Source: an uncultured Gemmatimonadales bacterium (lineage in GTDB: Bacteria > Gemmatimonadota > Gemmatimonadetes > Gemmatimonadales > GWC2-71-9). From it: a stretch of 64,000 nucleotides of DNA. Shown here in pieces: positions 54,292 through 63,803 of the stretch (position 1 is its first letter; each line of letters opens with the position of its first letter). A program made the position numbers and the translations under genes. Below the pieces are notes generated by a model. The model was not told the DNA's origin. It searched no databases and worked only from the letters and a program-made list of their open reading frames with translations. The stretch lies in NCBI GenBank assembly GCA_963825055.1, contig CAWGSK010000013.1:32001-96000 (forward strand). Reading direction: 5' to 3'.

Positions 54292-55696
54292 GGGCGACCT
54301 CACCAGGGGAATGGTGCACTTCCACGAAGTGTAGTATGCCGAGTCCACTCCATTGGGTCAAGAAATCGTCGTGCAGGTCAGCCGGCGTGATCCGCCGCGG
54401 AAGCCACGGGATCTCCAGCTGTTCCTGCAGCCGTTCCCAGTCATCCACCATCGCCTGCGCCTCGGACATCACCCGCTCCCTGATCCAGAGGGAAAGATCC
54501 GCCTTGTCCACCCGACGGACAACCGGCGAGGGTAGGTGCGGTGCGACGGCCTCGCGGAGCAGGGCGCGTGGGAGCCAGCGCGAACCTACCCGAGGACACC
54601 GGAACCCGGCGACGGCTTCGATGACCCCTCGATCCAGCATCGGCAGGGCGAGCTCGAGGCCCGCCCGGCGAACGGTGGCCGCGGCCATCCGGGTCCGCCA
54701 CGCCAGACGGGGATCAGCAAGCGTGTGACGGAGCGCCGCGTGCCGCCAGCTCCCCGCAGAGGCGGCGGCCCCTCCGTCGAGCCCGAGCCGGGACGGCCGC
54801 ATCGCGCTCAGGACACCCCGGCCGAGCGTGCGGAGTGCGCCGGCCCGCCGGCGGGCGAGACGGGCCCGGAGCGCGACGGCCGTACCGGCCAGGATCCGGC
54901 CACTCCTGAACAGGTCCACCTCCAGGCCCCGTTCCGCGAACACCTCATCGCCCCCGACACCCCACGCCATGCCCTGGCACCCCGCGCGCCGGGCCAGCGC
55001 GCCGGTGGCGGCGTGCACGGCCTCCATGGCGTCCACCAGGGGCGAATCTCCCCGGGCCATGGCTGCTGCGGACGCCGGCCAGAGCAGCAGCCCGGCGGCA
55101 TTCACGGTTGCGAGTTCAAGGCCGAGGTGCGCGGCGACGGCGTCCTGCCACTCGGACTCGTCGCAAGCCAGGCCGGGAAATCGTGCCGAGACGAGCAACG
55201 GAAGCGGCGCGGCCTCACGCCTCGCGGCCTCCGCCGCCGCGGCCGCGAGCGCTGACGAATCCAGGCCGCCGCTCAGTGAAACGGCCATCCGGCCCGTCGC
55301 AATCACGTGCCGCTGCATCGCCCCCACGAGCGCCTCCCATACCGATTCCGTTGCATCGCCGGGAACGGGAACGGACCACCACGTCATCGGGGAGCCGTGG
55401 GGCTGGCATTCACGCCCGCCTGGGACACAGGTCACGTCGCGGAAGGGGGACAGCCCGGTGAAGCGTAACGCGGCGAGATCCTCGAGCACGTCGAGGTCGG
55501 GAACGGCGCATGGGGTGAGTCGCGCGAGTCGTGCCGGGTCGAGCGCCAGATGGAGGTGGGGGCCGATGCTGCGCAGGCATGCGAGGGGATATACCGGGGC
55601 GGAACGCACGACCGGCCCCAGGGAACCATCGAGCCATCCGGGGTCCGCGCCTGACGCGAGCCCGGGGTCGTGGAGAACGATCCGGGCGGAGGTCAA
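54266..55696 (-). CDS. Asparagine-synthetase-like lasso cyclase (C protein) with a shortened N-domain
   Basis: SLSGGLDSS PP-loop, GVGGDEVF, LPMLD, RALLREA..LP..V..R.DK; no N-terminal Cys. Confidence 0.85.
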   Translation of the reverse strand: MTSARIVLHDPGLASGADPGWLDGSLGPVVRSAPVYPLACLRSIGPHLHLALDPARLARLTPCAVPDLDVLEDLAALRFTGLSPFRDVTCVPGGRECQPHGSPMTWWSVPVPGDATESVWEALVGAMQRHVIATGRMAVSLSGGLDSSALAAAAAEAARREAAPLPLLVSARFPGLACDESEWQDAVAAHLGLELATVNAAGLLLWPASAAAMARGDSPLVDAMEAVHAATGALARRAGCQGMAWGVGGDEVFAERGLEVDLFRSGRILAGTAVALRARLARRRAGALRTLGRGVLSAMRPSRLGLDGGAAASAGSWRHAALRHTLADPRLAWRTRMAAATVRRAGLELALPMLDRGVIEAVAGFRCPRVGSRWLPRALLREAVAPHLPSPVVRRVDKADLSLWIRERVMSEAQAMVDDWERLQEQLEIPWLPRRITPADLHDDFLTQWSGLGILHFVEVHHSPGEVAHDRHVPSS

Positions 55697-55983
55697 CGGG
55701 GCGCCGCCCGGTGGAGAAGCCCCTGCTCCACCAGGCTACGGACAATGCCGGTCAGCATCTCCCAGCGGGCGTGGCCGTCGACCGGCCACGCCGCCAGGCC
55801 CCGGTCCACCTCGCCCAGGTCCTCGCCACGCGCGAGCGCGGCCCAGACTTCTGCGCCGGACCGGTTCAGGCTGTAGTAGGTCCCGGCATCGAGATCGAGG
55901 AGGACCAGCTCGTCGTCCAGTTCCCGGCTGCGCACCGCGGGAGCCGGCACGAACCGGTCCCCGCGCGCAAGGGGTTCCGGCAT
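55693..55983 (-). CDS. PqqD-family RiPP recognition element (lasso B1/E)
   Basis: ELDDELVLLDLDAGTYYSLNRSGAEVW...LVEQGLL. Confidence 0.9.
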   Translation of the reverse strand: MPEPLARGDRFVPAPAVRSRELDDELVLLDLDAGTYYSLNRSGAEVWAALARGEDLGEVDRGLAAWPVDGHARWEMLTGIVRSLVEQGLLHRAAPR

Positions 55984-55987
55984 GATG

Positions 55988-57499
55988 TCAGGGAATCTGG
56001 CCGGTGACGTCCCAGATCATCAAGGCCGGGCTGGAGGGATTCTTCGCGCCGAACACATACACCCGCCCCCCGATGTACCCGAAGGTGGCCGTGTGAATCC
56101 CTGTCGGGACCATGTAGGACGTGATCCGCGTCGGGCGGAGCGGATCGGCCAGGTCATACAGGTAGATCCCCGAGCCGGTGCCGTTTTCACCGCTGAAGAG
56201 CAGCATCCGGCCATCACGCGACACCTCGACATCGCTGATGGTGATGATGCCGGAGGTGAGGATCGAGTCCGCAAGGGTCGGCGCGCCGGTGGCATCCAGC
56301 TGCCAGATCTTGAGTGCGTTGCCCGAATTCGATGGCCCGCCCGACGCGCGCAGTCTCCAGGTCCCCGTGTAGGCCACTCCGCCGTGCACCCAGAGGTCGG
56401 ACGTGAACCGCTCGGGCACGTTGCCACCGCCAGCCACCCTGGAGAGCACCCCGCCGTTCGACGACAGCTGGTAGAGTCCGTTCAGCATGTCCGTGGCGTA
56501 GACCGAGCCGTTGTATTCCTGCACGCCCCAGACGTAGGTGCTGTCAGGATTCGGGGGGAAAAAGCTCAGTACCCTGCTGTTCAGGCTCCCACTCAGGACG
56601 CCGGAGATATCCAGCGCGAGCACCCCGCCATTGTAGTAGGCGGCATAGAGGATTTCCGCCTGCTCGTCCACCCAGAAGTTGTGCGTGCCGAATCCGCTGC
56701 GATGGAACGTCGCGACCTGGACCGGCTTCCGCAGGTCGGTCACGTCCAGGACGAAAATGTCACCCGACGCCGCGGTACCGATGACGCCCGGACCCTCCTG
56801 TCCGAGGAAGAGGTACTTCTTCTCCCCGGTGTTGGGATTGTGGAACCACCACGAATTGTGCACCGCGCCGCCGCTCACCCCGACCGTACCCGCGAGCACG
56901 GGGGTCGAGGGACTTCCGCCCACGATACCGTTGCCGACGTCGTAGATCCGCATGCCGCTGTTCCACGCGCTCACGAACGCGAGGCCATCGCGCACGAAGG
57001 TGTCGTGGATGCCGTAGTTGGGCGGGATGGCGACCTGTGCGACAAGGACAGGCCCGGTGGTCCCCACCGACGTGACCGTGAAGCTCACGGCGGTCATGGT
57101 GGCATCGGTATTCGCCAGCGACGGCGCGCTCGCCTGGACCTTGCTGGTCAGGGTTCCCGTGCCAAGGCGCACCGTCATGTATGCCTTCCCGTCGGCCCCG
57201 GTGCTGGACTGGCTCGAGTCGACCGTCGCGTTCCCCGAGGTCACGCTCCACTGGACCGGTACACCGGCGAGCGGCGTGCCGGAGGTGTCGCGCGCCAGTG
57301 CGGCCAGCGGGGTGGGAAGCACTGCTGCTTCCGGACCCTTCTGGTGGTTTCCTCCTCCGATCGACAGCACCTGGCCGCTTCCGGCCGGGGACGGCGGTTG
57401 CGAGGGGTCGTTCGGGCCGGTGGCTGGTGCATCCGACCTGCACGCGGTGACAACCCCGAGCAGGACGAGCGGAAGGAAGGCATGTCGCATTCGTGGCAC
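55988..57499 (-). CDS. Lipoprotein with an Ig-like domain and LVIVD-like beta-propeller
   Basis: Lipobox VTAC; GVPVQWSVTSG..TGADGKA; repeats HDTFVRDGLAFVSAWNSGMRIYDV and HNFWVD..LYAAYYNGGVLALDI. Confidence 0.75.
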   Translation of the reverse strand: MPRMRHAFLPLVLLGVVTACRSDAPATGPNDPSQPPSPAGSGQVLSIGGGNHQKGPEAAVLPTPLAALARDTSGTPLAGVPVQWSVTSGNATVDSSQSSTGADGKAYMTVRLGTGTLTSKVQASAPSLANTDATMTAVSFTVTSVGTTGPVLVAQVAIPPNYGIHDTFVRDGLAFVSAWNSGMRIYDVGNGIVGGSPSTPVLAGTVGVSGGAVHNSWWFHNPNTGEKKYLFLGQEGPGVIGTAASGDIFVLDVTDLRKPVQVATFHRSGFGTHNFWVDEQAEILYAAYYNGGVLALDISGVLSGSLNSRVLSFFPPNPDSTYVWGVQEYNGSVYATDMLNGLYQLSSNGGVLSRVAGGGNVPERFTSDLWVHGGVAYTGTWRLRASGGPSNSGNALKIWQLDATGAPTLADSILTSGIITISDVEVSRDGRMLLFSGENGTGSGIYLYDLADPLRPTRITSYMVPTGIHTATFGYIGGRVYVFGAKNPSSPALMIWDVTGQIP

Positions 57500-57509
57500 G
57501 GAAGCCCCG

Positions 57510-58784
57510 TCAGTGGTGAGTCGGTGAGGGCGAGAGCAGGCCGTAACGACCCATGCGGTGCATCGGGCCGCCGGCGGTCAGGCGGACGCCAAGCGTGAGC
57601 GCCTCGAACGACTCCCGGCCATACAGCCCCTCAACCGTAAAGACGCCGCCCCCGACCTTCCGTGCACGCCCGAGGGAGACCTCGCCGAACGGCTCCGCCG
57701 CGAGCCAGGACAGCGGTTCGAAACGAAAGCCATAGCCGACCGTGTGGATGGTCCACCGGCTGGTCCCGAGAATGGAGTTCTCCCGGTGGGGGCGGAGCGA
57801 GCGGAACAGGTCGGCGGTCCGCTCCTCCTCGGGACGCGAGGTACGCTCAAACCGGTACCAGGCCTGGTGCCGGCCCGGGCTCACCGCCGCCTCGACCAGC
57901 ACCGTGTGAAAGACGAAGAAGCCGTTGAGCTCCGAGTTGCGGGCCCACTCGGCCATGGCGTACACCGGCACGCCGAGCGCCGGACCCTTCCAGCGCCCCG
58001 AGAGGCTCCACTTGCCCTGGGTGCTGCCCGCCCCCGGGCGATGCTCGGGAGACTTCACCTCCGCGTGCGATCCCTGCAGCTCCAGGCCCGTGACCGGTTG
58101 CACCAGCAGCCTGGCGGACCAGGAGTCCCCGAATCGCTCCAAGCTGGGCCATTGCCCGGGCCGCTCCGGTTCATCGCCGTTGAACAGCCCCGCCTCGAGC
58201 GACAGCGGTCCCAGGCCGACGGCCGCAATCGCGACCGCACGCTCCAGAATCTGGCTCCAGTGGTGGTTCACCGGATACCGGAGCACGGGGCGGTTCATCG
58301 GGTCGTCCGTCCCGTACGGCGCGAACCCTTTCCCCACCGTAACGGAAGTGTGGAAGGGGCCCTGGCGGTTGCCGAACGGGTCCACGAGGCTCGCCAGCAG
58401 TTCGTGCACGTAGGTGTGCGGGTGGCGGCGGTCGACGAATCCCTCGCCCCAGATGCCGGGATCGAGCTCGCCGCCGGGCATGGTCCAGCCCTCGGCGTTC
58501 CCGGTGGCGGTGAAGCGGAGCCGCCCCCCGAGGACCCCGGCGTGCAGCATGAGGACGGGCTGCACGACCCTGATCTCGTCCAGCGCGCGGCCACCGGGTA
58601 TCGGATTGACCCGGGTCCAGGACGGCACGGCCTGGGCCCGCACGCGAAACCAGGCGTCAGGCGCCTGGGCGCTCGCCGGAGGCGACGTCAGGACCAGGGC
58701 CAGAAGTGCGACTGGCAGGCCGGCCGGGTGGGGGCGCGGCAGGAGGGGGGGCATCGTGACTCCGGAGTCCGGGAGGGGCGACAT
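57510..58784 (-). CDS. Exported hypothetical protein, probably outer-membrane, with His-containing motifs
   Basis: Signal peptide (PASAQA); DRRHPHTYVHEL, NHHW; alternating beta-strand pattern. Confidence 0.65.
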   Translation of the reverse strand: MSPLPDSGVTMPPLLPRPHPAGLPVALLALVLTSPPASAQAPDAWFRVRAQAVPSWTRVNPIPGGRALDEIRVVQPVLMLHAGVLGGRLRFTATGNAEGWTMPGGELDPGIWGEGFVDRRHPHTYVHELLASLVDPFGNRQGPFHTSVTVGKGFAPYGTDDPMNRPVLRYPVNHHWSQILERAVAIAAVGLGPLSLEAGLFNGDEPERPGQWPSLERFGDSWSARLLVQPVTGLELQGSHAEVKSPEHRPGAGSTQGKWSLSGRWKGPALGVPVYAMAEWARNSELNGFFVFHTVLVEAAVSPGRHQAWYRFERTSRPEEERTADLFRSLRPHRENSILGTSRWTIHTVGYGFRFEPLSWLAAEPFGEVSLGRARKVGGGVFTVEGLYGRESFEALTLGVRLTAGGPMHRMGRYGLLSPSPTHH

Positions 58785-58830
58785 TCCCTCGTTCGGACGC
58801 CGCGCCGGCCCCGGGTTGCACAGGGCGACG

Positions 58831-59577
58831 TTACCTGGTGGTCACCGACGCCTTGAGGTAGTCCCGGTTCATCCGCGCGATGACGTCCAGCGGGATCACT
58901 TTCGGACAGGCCGCTGTGCATTCACCATGGTTGGTGCATCCGCCGAAATGTTCCAGGTCCATCCGGGTGATCATCTCCAGGGCACGCCGGTCCCGCTCCG
59001 CCTGGCCGTGGGGCAGCCGGCCGAGGTGCGAGATCTTGGCGCCGGTGAAGAGCATCGCGGAGGCGTTGGGGCAAGCGGCCACGCAGGCACCGCAGCCGAT
59101 GCAGGCCGCGGCGTCCATCGCCTCCTCGGCCACGTCCTTGGGCACCGGGATGGTGTTGGCGTCCGGGGCCGACCCGGTGGAGATGCTGACATAGCCGCCG
59201 GCCTCGATGATCCGGTCCAGCGCGCTCCGGTTCACGACCAGGTCCCGGACGACCGGGAAGGCGCGCGCCCGCCACGGCTCGATGACGATCCGGTCGCCGT
59301 CCCTGAAGCTTCGCATGTGCAGCTGGCAGGTTGCGGTGCCGGGCATCGGGCCATGGGCCATGCCGTTGATCATCATGCCGCAGGAGCCGCAGATCCCCTC
59401 GCGGCAATCGTGGTCGAACGCAATGGGCTCCTCGCCACGCTCGATCAGCCCCTCGTTCACGACGTCGAGCATCTCGAGGAATGACATCTCGGGACTGATG
59501 TCAGTGGCCTCGTACGTGACCATGCGGCCCTGGTCGCCCGGGCCGGCCTGTCGCCAGACGTGCAGCGTGAGCTTCAT
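58831..59577 (-). CDS. sdhB: Succinate dehydrogenase/fumarate reductase Fe-S subunit
   Basis: [33 protein letters not shown]. Confidence 0.95.
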   Translation of the reverse strand: MKLTLHVWRQAGPGDQGRMVTYEATDISPEMSFLEMLDVVNEGLIERGEEPIAFDHDCREGICGSCGMMINGMAHGPMPGTATCQLHMRSFRDGDRIVIEPWRARAFPVVRDLVVNRSALDRIIEAGGYVSISTGSAPDANTIPVPKDVAEEAMDAAACIGCGACVAACPNASAMLFTGAKISHLGRLPHGQAERDRRALEMITRMDLEHFGGCTNHGECTAACPKVIPLDVIARMNRDYLKASVTTR

Positions 59578-59586
59578 GCGTCCGCC

Positions 59587-61500
59587 CTACTTGTAGCTGC
59601 GCTGGGCGAGGGGCACGTACTCGAAGTCGAGCGGCTCCTTTTCCAGCATCGGTTCGCGGTCGTCGCCCTGGTACATCCAGGCGGCGACGTAGGAAAACTC
59701 GTCGTCCTTCCGTTTGGCCTCCCCGTCGGGAGTCTGGCTCTCGACGCGGAAGTGGCCACCGGCCGACTCGGTCCGGTGCAGCGCGTCCCGGCACATCAAC
59801 TCGCCCAGTTCGAGGAAGTCCGCGACCCGCCCGGCCTTCTCCAGCGACTGGTTGAGGGTCTCGCCACTCCCGAGCACTCGCACGTCGCGCCAGAACTCGG
59901 CGCGGAGGGCCGGGATCTTCTCGAGCGCGGTCCGGAGGCCCGCCTCCGAGCGCGCCATGCCGCAGTACTCCCACATGACGTGCCCGAGTTCGCGGTGGAA
60001 GGCGTCCACCGTCCGGGAGCCGTTGACGTCGAGCAGGCGGTGGACGCGGCCCTCGACGTCCCGCACCGCAGCCGCCGCGGCGTCAGTCTCGGGCCCCAGG
60101 TTGTCCGGCCGGTGCGCAGCGAGGAAGTTGCCGATGGTGTACGGCAGGATGAAGTAGCCGTCGGCCAGTCCCTGCATGAGGGCGCTGGCGCCGAGCCGGT
60201 TGGCGCCGTGGTCGGAGAAGTTTGCCTCGCCGATCACGAACAGGCCGGGAATGGTGCTCTGGAGGTTGTAGTCGACCCAGAGCCCGCCCATGGTGTAGTG
60301 CACCGCGGGGTAGATCCGCATGGGCACTGCGTAGGGGTTTTCCGCGGTGATCCGCTCGTACATCTCGAACAGGTTGCCGTAGCGCTCGGCGATCACGTCG
60401 CGGCCGACCCGGCGGATCGCGTCGCCGAAGTCGAGGTACACGCCCCGCCCGGTCTCCCCCACCCCGCGCCCCTCGTCGCAGACTTCCTTCGCCGCGCGCG
60501 ACGCGATGTCCCGCGGCGCGAGGTTCCCGAAGCTGGGGTACTTCCGCTCCAGGTAGTAATCGCGGTCGGACTCCGGGATGGCGGTGGGCGGACGGTGATC
60601 GTCTGCGCGCTTCGGCACCCAGACCCGGCCGTCGTTCCGGAGCGACTCGCTCATCAGCGTCAGCTTCGACTGGTATTCGCCGGACACCGGGATGCAGGTG
60701 GGATGGATCTGGGTGTAGCACGGGTTCGCGAAGGCGGCGCCGCGCTTGTAGGCGCGCCAGATGGCCGTGGCGTTGCTGCCCTTGGCGTTGGTCGAGAGGT
60801 AGAAGACGTTGCCGTAGCCGCCGGTGCCCAGCACCACGGCGTCGGCCATGTGCACGTCCACCGCCCCCGTCACCAGATTCCGCGTGACAATGCCGCGCGC
60901 CCGGCCGTCCACCACGACCAGGTCCAGCATCTCCGTGCGGGGGAACATCGTCACCTTGCCCGCCCGGATCTGGCGTTCCAGCGCCTGGTAGGCGCCCAGC
61001 AGGAGCTGCTGGCCCGTCTGCCCGCGCGCGTAGAACGTGCGGGAAACCTGGGCGCCGCCGAAGGACCGGTTGGCCAGGGTCCCACCGTACTCGCGGGCGA
61101 ACGGCACGCCCTGCGCCACGCACTGGTCGATGATGTTGACGCTGACCTGGGCGAGACGGTACACGTTGGCCTCACGGCTCCGGAAATCCCCCCCCTTCAC
61201 CGTGTCGTAGAACAGGCGGTAGATGCTGTCCCCGTCGTTCTGGTAGTTCTTGGCGGCGTTGATCCCGCCCTGGGCCGCAATGCTGTGGGCGCGACGGGGG
61301 GAGTCCTGGAAGCAGAAGCACTTGACGTTGTAGCCCAGCTCCCCGAGCGTGGCGGCGGCGGACCCGCCCGCCAGCCCGGACCCGACCATGATCACGGTGT
61401 ATTTCCGCTTGTTCGCCGGGTTCACCAGCTTCATGTCGAAGCGGTGCTGGTCCCACTTCTCCTGGATCGGGCCTGCGGGAACGTTGCTCTTCAGTGCCAT
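59587..61500 (-). CDS. sdhA: Succinate dehydrogenase/fumarate reductase flavoprotein
   Basis: [36 protein letters not shown]. Confidence 0.95.
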   Translation of the reverse strand: MALKSNVPAGPIQEKWDQHRFDMKLVNPANKRKYTVIMVGSGLAGGSAAATLGELGYNVKCFCFQDSPRRAHSIAAQGGINAAKNYQNDGDSIYRLFYDTVKGGDFRSREANVYRLAQVSVNIIDQCVAQGVPFAREYGGTLANRSFGGAQVSRTFYARGQTGQQLLLGAYQALERQIRAGKVTMFPRTEMLDLVVVDGRARGIVTRNLVTGAVDVHMADAVVLGTGGYGNVFYLSTNAKGSNATAIWRAYKRGAAFANPCYTQIHPTCIPVSGEYQSKLTLMSESLRNDGRVWVPKRADDHRPPTAIPESDRDYYLERKYPSFGNLAPRDIASRAAKEVCDEGRGVGETGRGVYLDFGDAIRRVGRDVIAERYGNLFEMYERITAENPYAVPMRIYPAVHYTMGGLWVDYNLQSTIPGLFVIGEANFSDHGANRLGASALMQGLADGYFILPYTIGNFLAAHRPDNLGPETDAAAAAVRDVEGRVHRLLDVNGSRTVDAFHRELGHVMWEYCGMARSEAGLRTALEKIPALRAEFWRDVRVLGSGETLNQSLEKAGRVADFLELGELMCRDALHRTESAGGHFRVESQTPDGEAKRKDDEFSYVAAWMYQGDDREPMLEKEPLDFEYVPLAQRSYK

Positions 61501-61538
61501 GGATCAGCAGCCTCTCTGCGACAACCGGCCGTCCGGCA

Positions 61539-62204
61539 TCACTGGACGACCCCGAGCCAGACGGCGATGGGTATGCTCATGAACGCGAGCCCGATCAGCA
61601 GCCCGACCACCAGCGCGAGGGGGCGGCGCACCGCGTTCCAGCGCGGATGGTTGAGCCCCAGGGTCTGGAACCCGCTCCAGATACCGTGGATGAGGTGGAG
61701 GGTGAGCGCGGCCATGGCCAGGATGTAGAACAACGCCACCCACCAGACCTGGAGCCCGGTCACGAGGTTCCGGTAGACGGTGTGAACGTCGAAGTCCGGC
61801 CAGGTGGGGTGCAGGACGCCGACAGTGAAATGGAGGATATGGTAGATGATGAAGACGAAGAGGAGGATGCCGCCGTACCGCATGGTGCGGGAGGCGAAGG
61901 TCGATCGCTCCGGCTCCCACTCGCGGTAGCTCCGCCCGCGGGCGCGCCGGTTGAGGGCAATCAGCCGGAAGGCGCTGTCGGCGTGGAGGATCACCGCCAC
62001 GAGCAGGATCGCCCGCACAGACCAGACCAGCAGCGGCGCACTCTTGAGCAACGCCGCATACCCGTCCATGGCCTCCGCCCCGCCGTACACCAGCATGTTG
62101 CCCGCCACGTGAACCACCAGGTACCCGAGCAGGATAATCCCGGTCACGGCCATCACGATCTTCTTGCCGATCGTGGATCGGTAGAACCGGGTCACCCAGC
62201 GCAT
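61539..62204 (-). CDS. sdhC: Succinate dehydrogenase cytochrome b subunit (b558 type)
   Basis: IGKKIVMAVTG; 5 TM segments with His ligands; HGIWSGFQTLG. Confidence 0.9.
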   Translation of the reverse strand: MRWVTRFYRSTIGKKIVMAVTGIILLGYLVVHVAGNMLVYGGAEAMDGYAALLKSAPLLVWSVRAILLVAVILHADSAFRLIALNRRARGRSYREWEPERSTFASRTMRYGGILLFVFIIYHILHFTVGVLHPTWPDFDVHTVYRNLVTGLQVWWVALFYILAMAALTLHLIHGIWSGFQTLGLNHPRWNAVRRPLALVVGLLIGLAFMSIPIAVWLGVVQ

Positions 62205-62207
62205 GGC

Positions 62208-63137
62208 TCAGGCCCCCATGGCCTGCATCGTCTCGCGCACCGCATCGGCGGACTGGCGGAGCGCGGTCCGTTCCTCCTCCGTCAGTTCCACCTCGATCAC
62301 CTGCTCGAGCCCGGCGCGGCCCAGCTTGCACGGCACCCCGCAGAAAACCCCGTCCAGCCCGTACTCCCCGGTGAGCCACGCGGCGCAGGGCAGGATCCGC
62401 TTCTTGTCCAGCGCGATCGCCTCCACCATCTGCACCGCCGCGGCGCTCGGTGCGTAGTAGGCCGACCCGGTCTTGAGCAGGCCCACGATCTCGGCCCCGC
62501 CCTTGCGGGTCCGGTCGACGATGGCGTCGAGCCGGTCCTGGTCGATCAGCTGGGTGACGGGAATGCCACTCACCGTGGTGTAACTGATCAGCGGCACCAT
62601 CGTGTCCCCGTGCCCGCCCAGCACCATCGCCTGGATGTCCTCCACCGAGACGCCGATCGCCTCCGCGAGGAAGCTCCGGTAGCGGGCAGTGTCCAGGACG
62701 CCGGCCATCCCGATCACCCGCTCGCGGGGAAAGCCGGAGGCCTGCATGGCCACGTAGCACATCACGTCGAGCGGGTTGGACACCATGATGATGATCGACG
62801 CCGGCGCCACGCGCGCGATTTCCTTCGCCACGCTCGAGACGATACCGGCGTTCGTCTTGACCAGGTCGTCCCGGCTCATCCCCGGCTTGCGGGCGATGCC
62901 GGCCGTCACCACGAAGACGTCGCTGTCCCGGGCCTCGTCGTAGGCGTTGGACCCGACCAGGCTGGTATCGAAACCCTCGATGGGGGCCGACTCCCACTGG
63001 TCGAGCCCCTTGCCCTGGGGCACACCCTCCACGACATCCACCATGACCACGGTCCGTGCGAGCGACTTTTCGGCCAGCCGCTGCGCCACGGTGGCGCCCA
63101 CGTTCCCGGCTCCGACTACGGTCACCTTGTTCAGCAT
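62208..63137 (-). CDS. mdh: Malate dehydrogenase (LDH-like)
   Basis: [27 protein letters not shown]. Confidence 0.95.
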   Translation of the reverse strand: MLNKVTVVGAGNVGATVAQRLAEKSLARTVVMVDVVEGVPQGKGLDQWESAPIEGFDTSLVGSNAYDEARDSDVFVVTAGIARKPGMSRDDLVKTNAGIVSSVAKEIARVAPASIIIMVSNPLDVMCYVAMQASGFPRERVIGMAGVLDTARYRSFLAEAIGVSVEDIQAMVLGGHGDTMVPLISYTTVSGIPVTQLIDQDRLDAIVDRTRKGGAEIVGLLKTGSAYYAPSAAAVQMVEAIALDKKRILPCAAWLTGEYGLDGVFCGVPCKLGRAGLEQVIEVELTEEERTALRQSADAVRETMQAMGA

Positions 63138-63200
63138 GCCCCGGCTCTCACTGTCAGGTAAGGAAGGACGGCTGCCGGGACGGGCCCGGCGGGGCGGAAG

Positions 63201-63683
63201 TTAACCGGGTCGGGTTGAGCGGGCCAAGTTGGCCAGCGCGCCCGTGGCGCGCAGCGCTTCGTACAGCACGATGCCCGCCGCAGTCGCGAGGTTGAGACTC
63301 CGGATGTTGCCGTTCATCGGGATGGTGAAACAGCGCTCGGGGTACTTGTCCAGGATCCGGGGCGGCATGCCCTCCGTCTCGCTTCCAAGGACCAGGCAGC
63401 CATTCGGCTGCCACGGCGCCTCGAGATAACTCCGCGTCGCGTTGGCCGAGAAGTAGAGGCAGCGCTCGGGCGCCATGACATGCCGGAATTCCCGCCAGTG
63501 GCGGTGCACCCACAGGTCCACGTGGCGCCAGTAGTCGAGCCCCGCGCGCTTCAGGTCCGCGTCCTCAAGGGTGAATCCGAGCGGCTCGATGAGGTGCAGG
63601 CTGGTCCCGGTCGCCGCACAGAGCCGGGCGATGTTGCCGGTGTTGGGAGGGATCCGGGGCTCGATGAGGGCGAGGTGGGGCAT
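63201..63683 (-). CDS. trmL: tRNA (cytidine34-2'-O)-methyltransferase
   Basis: IPPNTGNIAR, RAGLDYW, GSETEG, RSLNLA. Confidence 0.93.
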   Translation of the reverse strand: MPHLALIEPRIPPNTGNIARLCAATGTSLHLIEPLGFTLEDADLKRAGLDYWRHVDLWVHRHWREFRHVMAPERCLYFSANATRSYLEAPWQPNGCLVLGSETEGMPPRILDKYPERCFTIPMNGNIRSLNLATAAGIVLYEALRATGALANLARSTRPG

Positions 63684-63686
63684 GCC

Positions 63687-63724
63687 GGGAATCGTGAATC
63701 GGGAGGTAGTGGAATAGGGAATCG
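63687..63724. repeat. Degenerate heptamer repeat (GGGAATC-like)
   Basis: gggaatc-gtgaatc-...-ggaata-gggaatc. Confidence 0.5.
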
Positions 63725-63803
63725 GCCGTGCAATGCGTAAGGTAATCCCCAGCTCACGACCCCCGATACCCGATCAACGCAGGGACGATCGGCCGGCGGG
63801 TCG

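Noticed and set aside
54145..54348. 67-aa version of the precursor from the ORF track
   Set aside because: It overlaps the cyclase more deeply; the ATG at 54291 has a good GAGGT RBS and gives a typical leader length.
55693..55983. PQQ biosynthesis (pqqD), possibly linked to the PQQ-repeat gene at 15077
   Set aside because: No pqqA/B/C/E; the context with a cyclase and precursor indicates a RiPP recognition element.
50065..55983. RiPP region as a mobile island
   Set aside because: Codon usage looks slightly less GC-biased by eye, but I could not quantify it, and there are no mobility genes or flanking direct repeats.
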